Below, piece by piece: positions 45,260 to 49,360 of a DNA stretch of 49,360 bases. Under the pieces are notes generated by a model. The model searched no databases and had not been told where the DNA came from. It saw only the letters and a program-made list of their open reading frames with translations. This DNA comes from a virus. Its lineage: Duplodnaviria > Caudoviricetes. The stretch lies in IMG/VR virus record IMGVR_UViG_3300015050_000961, positions 1 to 49,360 of that record; one strand, 5' to 3'. Each line of letters begins with the position of its first letter. Within the stretch, counting starts at the first letter, position 1. Both the position numbers and the translations under genes were made by a program.

Positions 45260-45723
45260 TCGTCTCGCTTGAGCATCTGGATGATCTTCAGCGCGACGTC
45301 CTGCGACACCGCCTGATTGATCTGGAGGAAGACGTTACCGTCGGCGAGACCGCGCATGCCGAGCGGCGGCATCCGTGAATCTACTGCTGCGACACCGCGC
45401 GTCGGCAAGATGTCTTCGGGTTTCTTGCCGAGCGCCTTGGCGATTGCGTTGAGCCGCACCGGCCCGGGCGCCGCCATGCCGCGCACGTACTGCGAGACGT
45501 TGTCTCGCGCGAACTTTTTGTCGGGCATGTACTTGGCGGCCGCACGAGCCAAATCCGATTGGTTCATGTTCTTTTCGACCATGAGCTTCTGGATAAGTCG
45601 GCCCATCTCGGCGAGGACCGCCTCGCGAGGCGCCCCCTCGACGAATCCCTTCGGCGGCGGGTTGATGACGTTCGCGCGTCGTCGCGCCATGGAAGTATCC
45701 CCTGTCTCGATCTGGCTTGTCAT
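45256..45723 (-). CDS. XRE-family repressor
   Basis: LMVEKNMNQSDLAR...NVSQYVRG...LNAIAKALG. Confidence 0.88.
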   Translation of the reverse strand: MTSQIETGDTSMARRRANVINPPPKGFVEGAPREAVLAEMGRLIQKLMVEKNMNQSDLARAAAKYMPDKKFARDNVSQYVRGMAAPGPVRLNAIAKALGKKPEDILPTRGVAAVDSRMPPLGMRGLADGNVFLQINQAVSQDVALKIIQMLKRDE

Positions 45724-45738
45724 GTCGCTCTCCCATTG

Positions 45739-45837
45739 CCGACAAACACGACAATACCAGACAACGTCTGGTTTGCAAGGGGAAATGCAACGGCGGCTTA
45801 ACTTTTTTCGTACGCTTGTCGGGAGTTTTGTCGGGTT
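45739..45837 (-). promoter_or_regulatory. Repressor promoter/operator region
   Basis: CCGACAAA at 45739, palindrome ACCAGAC-aac-GTCTGGT, two TTGTCGGG boxes at about 45816 and 45828. Confidence 0.6.
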
Positions 45838-46458
45838 CTAAACCGGACGCTGCAATTTCCGGCGGTGCGCCATTCGTGGCTCGAAGGCTGGATCCGGCGC
45901 ACTCTCTTGTCCCCCGTCAGTTAGCGGCGCGGCGAGATTTTGCGAATTCCCGCCAAATGTCAACGGCATAACGGTTTCAGTGGGCATCGAGTTCACGGAA
46001 AAGGCGCTGGCGACGTCGGTCGCTTGAGGTTGTGGTGAACCCGACATTACCGGGGTATATGGCTGGCCGGCCGCCTTCTGCGCAAAAGATAGGCGCGCGC
46101 CCTCTGAGTTATCACCGTACCTTATGTACCGTCGCAGCGCGGCATTGGCGCCCGGGATGTCGGTCGCGGCCATGAAGCCCGACGCGTTGCGCGCCTCCGG
46201 GCCTTTCATCTCGTGGCCGATGTAATCGAGCTGGGTGTCGCGATCGAACGGGCTGGTGCCGCGGGATGCGGCGAAGTTCTGGAGGTTCTGCCAGCGGTCC
46301 AACCGCCATTGCAGGAGCCCGTGAGCCCCTTCGCCTTGATTGATGGCGCCGGGGTTGAAGTTGCTCTCCTGCTGCATGTTGCCGACGAGCGCGGCCGCCT
46401 GGTGCGGCGCCCAGCCTCGTTGCATCAGCGCAGAGTAGAGGTCGGCGACTTCAGCCAC
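45838..46458 (-). CDS. Phage tail-lysozyme (Phage_lysozyme2)-type muramidase
   Basis: AAALVGNMQQES...GLLQW...QLDYIGHE. Confidence 0.85.
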   Translation of the reverse strand: MAEVADLYSALMQRGWAPHQAAALVGNMQQESNFNPGAINQGEGAHGLLQWRLDRWQNLQNFAASRGTSPFDRDTQLDYIGHEMKGPEARNASGFMAATDIPGANAALRRYIRYGDNSEGARLSFAQKAAGQPYTPVMSGSPQPQATDVASAFSVNSMPTETVMPLTFGGNSQNLAAPLTDGGQESAPDPAFEPRMAHRRKLQRPV

Positions 46459-47125
46459 GGCCGAGCAACTTGCAAACAGTCGGTGAAGGGACCATGAGGC
46501 CGAAACGCGTCATGGCGATGGAACTGAACGACAGCATCACGCGCTGCACGGCCACTGTGATACCGACGATCTCGCCGGCCTTGTTGAACACGGGGCCGCC
46601 GCTCATGCCGGGCACCACAGTCGCGTCGATCGCCTGGATGGACGCCCAGCGCTCGTTCGGGCCGAACGCCTTGCCGGCGACAACACCGTGCGTCTGCGCG
46701 AACTCCAGATCGCCGGGATTGCCGACGGCGCGGATCGCGGTGCCGGCCTTAGCATCGCTGCAATTCAACTTCGCGGTTCCGGCGTCGTAGTCGGCGTCCA
46801 CGGTCTCGAGCAAAGCAATGTCGTAGTCCTTCGCGATCCACACGACCTTGGCGTCGCTCTCGTGGCCGCTCTCGGTAATGATCTTCACCTTCTCACGGCC
46901 CTCGATGACGTGTGCGGCAGTGATCGCCAAGCCGTTACCGATCGAAACGGCCGAGCCGTGGCCGCCTTCGGTCTCGACGCGCAGGACCGATAAGTTTTGC
47001 GCAGGCTCAGCCTTGCCGGCGTACGTGAACGCGACGGCCATGATGCCGAGTGCGAAGATCGCGCAGATGACTGGCACAGCCAGTTCCTTGGCGAGCTTCT
47101 TCGCGCGGGGTCTCACTTCCAGCAC
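46451..47125 (-). CDS. Trypsin-like (S1) serine protease with N-terminal signal/TM helix
   Basis: TAAH, DIALL, GMSGGP catalytic triad motifs. Confidence 0.9.
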   Translation of the reverse strand: MLEVRPRAKKLAKELAVPVICAIFALGIMAVAFTYAGKAEPAQNLSVLRVETEGGHGSAVSIGNGLAITAAHVIEGREKVKIITESGHESDAKVVWIAKDYDIALLETVDADYDAGTAKLNCSDAKAGTAIRAVGNPGDLEFAQTHGVVAGKAFGPNERWASIQAIDATVVPGMSGGPVFNKAGEIVGITVAVQRVMLSFSSIAMTRFGLMVPSPTVCKLLGRG

Positions 47126-47352
47126 CGCTTGTTGATGCCGGTCTGGTTATGCTGGCGAATGCCGGTGATGGTGCGGGCGTGGTCTTCGTTCGCCGTGTAG
47201 CTCAGCTTCCGCCAGCCGGCGCAGCGCGCTTGCTGCTCAGCAGCCTTGCTCACTTGTCCGCCAGTTGTCACGGTTGCACGGGTCGTTCCGCACGCTGTCA
47301 GGAGTGTCGCGAGCGATAGTGCGCTCAGCATTTTCACGAGCTTCATTGCCAT
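47113..47352 (-). CDS. o-spanin (Rz1-like lipoprotein)
   Basis: Lipobox LTAC, overlaps the end of the i-spanin, C-terminal HN...C. Confidence 0.75.
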   Translation of the reverse strand: MAMKLVKMLSALSLATLLTACGTTRATVTTGGQVSKAAEQQARCAGWRKLSYTANEDHARTITGIRQHNQTGINKRCWK

Positions 47353-47590
47353 TTTCGATCTCCTCCGCGAGGGCTGCTTCGAGGCGGGCGATCGTACGTT
47401 CGTGCTCGTCACGAATGCCCACGGTGTAAGAGGTGGTGAGCCCGACCAGGAGGCAGATCGCGCACGCGGCTGCGACCTTGGCTTTTACGCCGGGGATGTA
47501 GATGACGACTGCCAATAGCGCGAGCGTCGCGCCGCCGGAGGCGATGTATTTCCAGACGATTGGCCATGTGCCGATCAGTGAATCGAACAT
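47237..47590 (-). CDS. i-spanin (Rz-like)
   Basis: N-terminal TM segments, coiled coil, DPCNRD tail. Confidence 0.7.
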   Translation of the reverse strand: MFDSLIGTWPIVWKYIASGGATLALLAVVIYIPGVKAKVAAACAICLLVGLTTSYTVGIRDEHERTIARLEAALAEEIENGNEARENAERTIARDTPDSVRNDPCNRDNWRTSEQGC

Positions 47591-48117
47591 CAATCCTCCC
47601 GCATGCACCAAGCGATCTCACCCCACTTGGGATCGAAGCGCCGATTCTGGAGACCGCGAAGAACCTTGCCGTTCGCGCGCACGTACATGCCCATGGCGTC
47701 GCATGCGGCTTTGACGTTGCCGGCGTTGAACTCACGGGCGATGGTGCCTTTGCAGATGCGCGCGGGGCCGAGGTTGTAGCTGAACGAAAGGAGCGCGACC
47801 TGACGATGCGGCGGCATCGAGTAGTAGGTCGGGATGCACTGCGCGATCGGCTCGATATATTTCGGAAGAACCTTGGTGAACGCCTCGGCGCACTGCGCAT
47901 CGGTGAACTTCATGCCGGGCTTGATCCACTTGTAGTCTGGATCCAGGTTCGTGATCCCGTGGCAAACGGTGTAGACGCCCGGCGGGTCGATGCTCTGCTG
48001 CCGGACAGTCGTGTCCATGCGGCCGCCGCTCTCCCAGTGTGGGATGAACACGGCGGCAAGCGCCATAGCGCCAGCTCCGAGGCTTCCTGCAACTTTTTGT
48101 TTGCGCGTAACGGGCAT
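47590..48117 (-). CDS. Endolysin, GH24 lysozyme with SAR-like N-terminus
   Basis: G/A-rich hydrophobic N-terminus, WE...D...TVCHGIT, SFSYNLG, GLQNRR. Confidence 0.9.
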   Translation of the reverse strand: MPVTRKQKVAGSLGAGAMALAAVFIPHWESGGRMDTTVRQQSIDPPGVYTVCHGITNLDPDYKWIKPGMKFTDAQCAEAFTKVLPKYIEPIAQCIPTYYSMPPHRQVALLSFSYNLGPARICKGTIAREFNAGNVKAACDAMGMYVRANGKVLRGLQNRRFDPKWGEIAWCMRED

Positions 48118-48339
48118 CTACTCGCTCCGGTCCTGGGCCACGAAGCGGGCGACGCCGGCGGCGATGGTGACCACGCCGGCCAGAGCCGCGAACAACCCGG
48201 CCGGGATCGGCGGCTTCACTGAAAAGGCGACGGCCACCTGAATGGCGACTTCGAGCCCCGATAGAACGAGCGACAGCGCGAGGAGCCGGACGCTCCACGC
48301 GCGTTTGAGGACAAAATCGAAGTCGTCGACCAGCTTCAC
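48118..48339 (-). CDS. Holin
   Basis: MKLVDD...RAWSVRL, two TM helices, ARFVAQ. Confidence 0.8.
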   Translation of the reverse strand: MKLVDDFDFVLKRAWSVRLLALSLVLSGLEVAIQVAVAFSVKPPIPAGLFAALAGVVTIAAGVARFVAQDRSE

Positions 48340-48512
48340 GACAGGATCGCCTTCGCGGCGGTGATGAGGATCGCGAGCGTGCCGAAGGCGATCAGGCTGG
48401 TCATGGCGGCGTCTTTGAAAGTGGCCACGCTGTGCCGGCGAACGTCATCGAATAGCGTCCAGCCGATAAACGCGCCGAAAATGGCCGAGGCCAGGGCAAT
48501 GAGGGTAAACAT
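48336..48512 (-). CDS. Small two-TM protein (58 aa), possible antiholin or second holin
   Basis: GGAGG RBS; MFTLIALASAIFGAFIGWTLF...LIAFGTLAILITAAKAILS. Confidence 0.6.
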   Translation of the reverse strand: MFTLIALASAIFGAFIGWTLFDDVRRHSVATFKDAAMTSLIAFGTLAILITAAKAILS

Positions 48513-48526
48513 GGAACCTCCGGGAC

Positions 48527-48567
48527 TGTCGGTCGGAAATTATCCCATAACCCGACGCAAAAGTCAC
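48527..48567 (-). promoter_or_regulatory. Predicted lysis-cassette promoter
   Basis: GTGACT-17 bp-GATAAT, GTCGGG in the spacer, CCGACCGACA just downstream. Confidence 0.55.
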
Positions 48568-48595
48568 GGCGCTGGCGTCATGTCAGTGAGCGCGT

Positions 48596-49360
48596 TCAAT
48601 ACTGAAGCGTCGGGTCGCCTTGCAGCCGCCACGAGTTGGCCGCGGTGCCCTGGCAGACTACTGGTCCAGCCGCGCCAAGGGTGCCGAGGGTGGTCTTTGT
48701 GTTGTAGCAATAGTTCCCGGTAGCCCTGGTGATGCCCGTTACGTCCAGATCGACTTGCACGTCAAAAGACTTCGGGTGGATCACTGGCGTTCCAGACGGG
48801 ACGACGATCCAAGAGCCGGATGCCAAGGTGTTCCCCGATCCGGCAATGGTGATTGTGGGCGTCCCGCCGGTCCGCACGACACCGTTCGTTGCCGCACCAA
48901 ATCGATTGCCGTTTATTGTGAGATTTATCGACGCGCTCGTGTTGATGATCGCCGTTGCGTCAATATCGCAGTCGCGAACCGAAACGGCAGGCGTTCCAGT
49001 TACCCCGGACGACACCACCAGAAAATTGTCGGCGTTTGAGCTTCTGTAGGTGACGTTCTTGATGCTGAGCAATCGGCCAACCGCGGCGGCGCTATAGTTC
49101 AAGAACCGAGTGCTGCCGCCGCTGCTTGCGGTGCGGATTTCGCAGTCCTCGACGACAAGGCTATCTATGTTTGCTCCTTGGGCGATCAGGTACGCGGCGC
49201 TGGCTGAGAGCCAATTCGCACTGTTCAAAGCCAGGCCACGCAGGATCGCTTGAACGACCGTAACGCTGCCGCCGAAGCTCACGCCGATCGCGGAATTTGT
49301 CGTTGAACTGGGATTAAAGATGTAGTCCCGAACCTGGATGCTGTTGACCGACAGTGAGAA
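48596..49360 (-). CDS. Tailspike, C-terminal part (same gene as 1..1239)
   Basis: Frame is continuous across the 123-bp overlap. Confidence 0.8.
   Translation of the reverse strand, partial: FSLSVNSIQVRDYIFNPSSTTNSAIGVSFGGSVTVVQAILRGLALNSANWLSASAAYLIAQGANIDSLVVEDCEIRTASSGGSTRFLNYSAAAVGRLLSIKNVTYRSSNADNFLVVSSGVTGTPAVSVRDCDIDATAIINTSASINLTINGNRFGAATNGVVRTGGTPTITIAGSGNTLASGSWIVVPSGTPVIHPKSFDVQVDLDVTGITRATGNYCYNTKTTLGTLGAAGPVVCQGTAANSWRLQGDPTLQY
49238..49360. repeat. Terminal direct repeat, identical to 1-123
   Basis: Direct sequence identity. Confidence 0.95.

Noticed and set aside
1-49360. tRNA or rRNA genes, IS elements, introns or inteins
   Set aside because: None recognised; terL and the polymerase appear uninterrupted

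Overview
The window is a complete, circularly assembled temperate podovirus genome. The unit length is about 49,237 bp, because bases 1-123 repeat exactly at 49238-49360. The host is very probably an alphaproteobacterium (Rhizobiales-like), judged from the GapR/DUF2312 gene and high GC. Minus strand, 24.3 kb down to 1 and wrapping to 45.8 kb: tail fibres, a phosphoesterase, terminase large subunit, portal, scaffold, capsid, decoration protein, tail tube A/B, internal (ejection) proteins, a beta-helix tailspike split across the contig ends, and a lysis cassette extended by a trypsin-like protease and a second muramidase. The terminase small subunit (24.5-25.0 kb) abuts a divergent early gene island (25.1-27.3 kb). 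Replication genes diverge from 30.8 kb: primase-polymerase/helicase and an iteron origin to the left; dNMP kinase, RuvC-like nuclease, SNF2 helicase, DUF2800 nuclease, DUF2815 SSB, GapR and a family A polymerase to the right. An accessory small-gene array (40.4-43.6 kb) converges on a likely attP and a repressor-xis-integrase operon. Three non-coding signals stand out: (i) a CCGACA(AA) motif in or beside essentially every predicted promoter, suggesting a dispersed operator network; (ii) two promoter-to-terminator units that look like anti-Shine-Dalgarno small RNAs; (iii) a recurring junction motif between accessory genes. All product calls come from motif recognition by eye, with no database searches.
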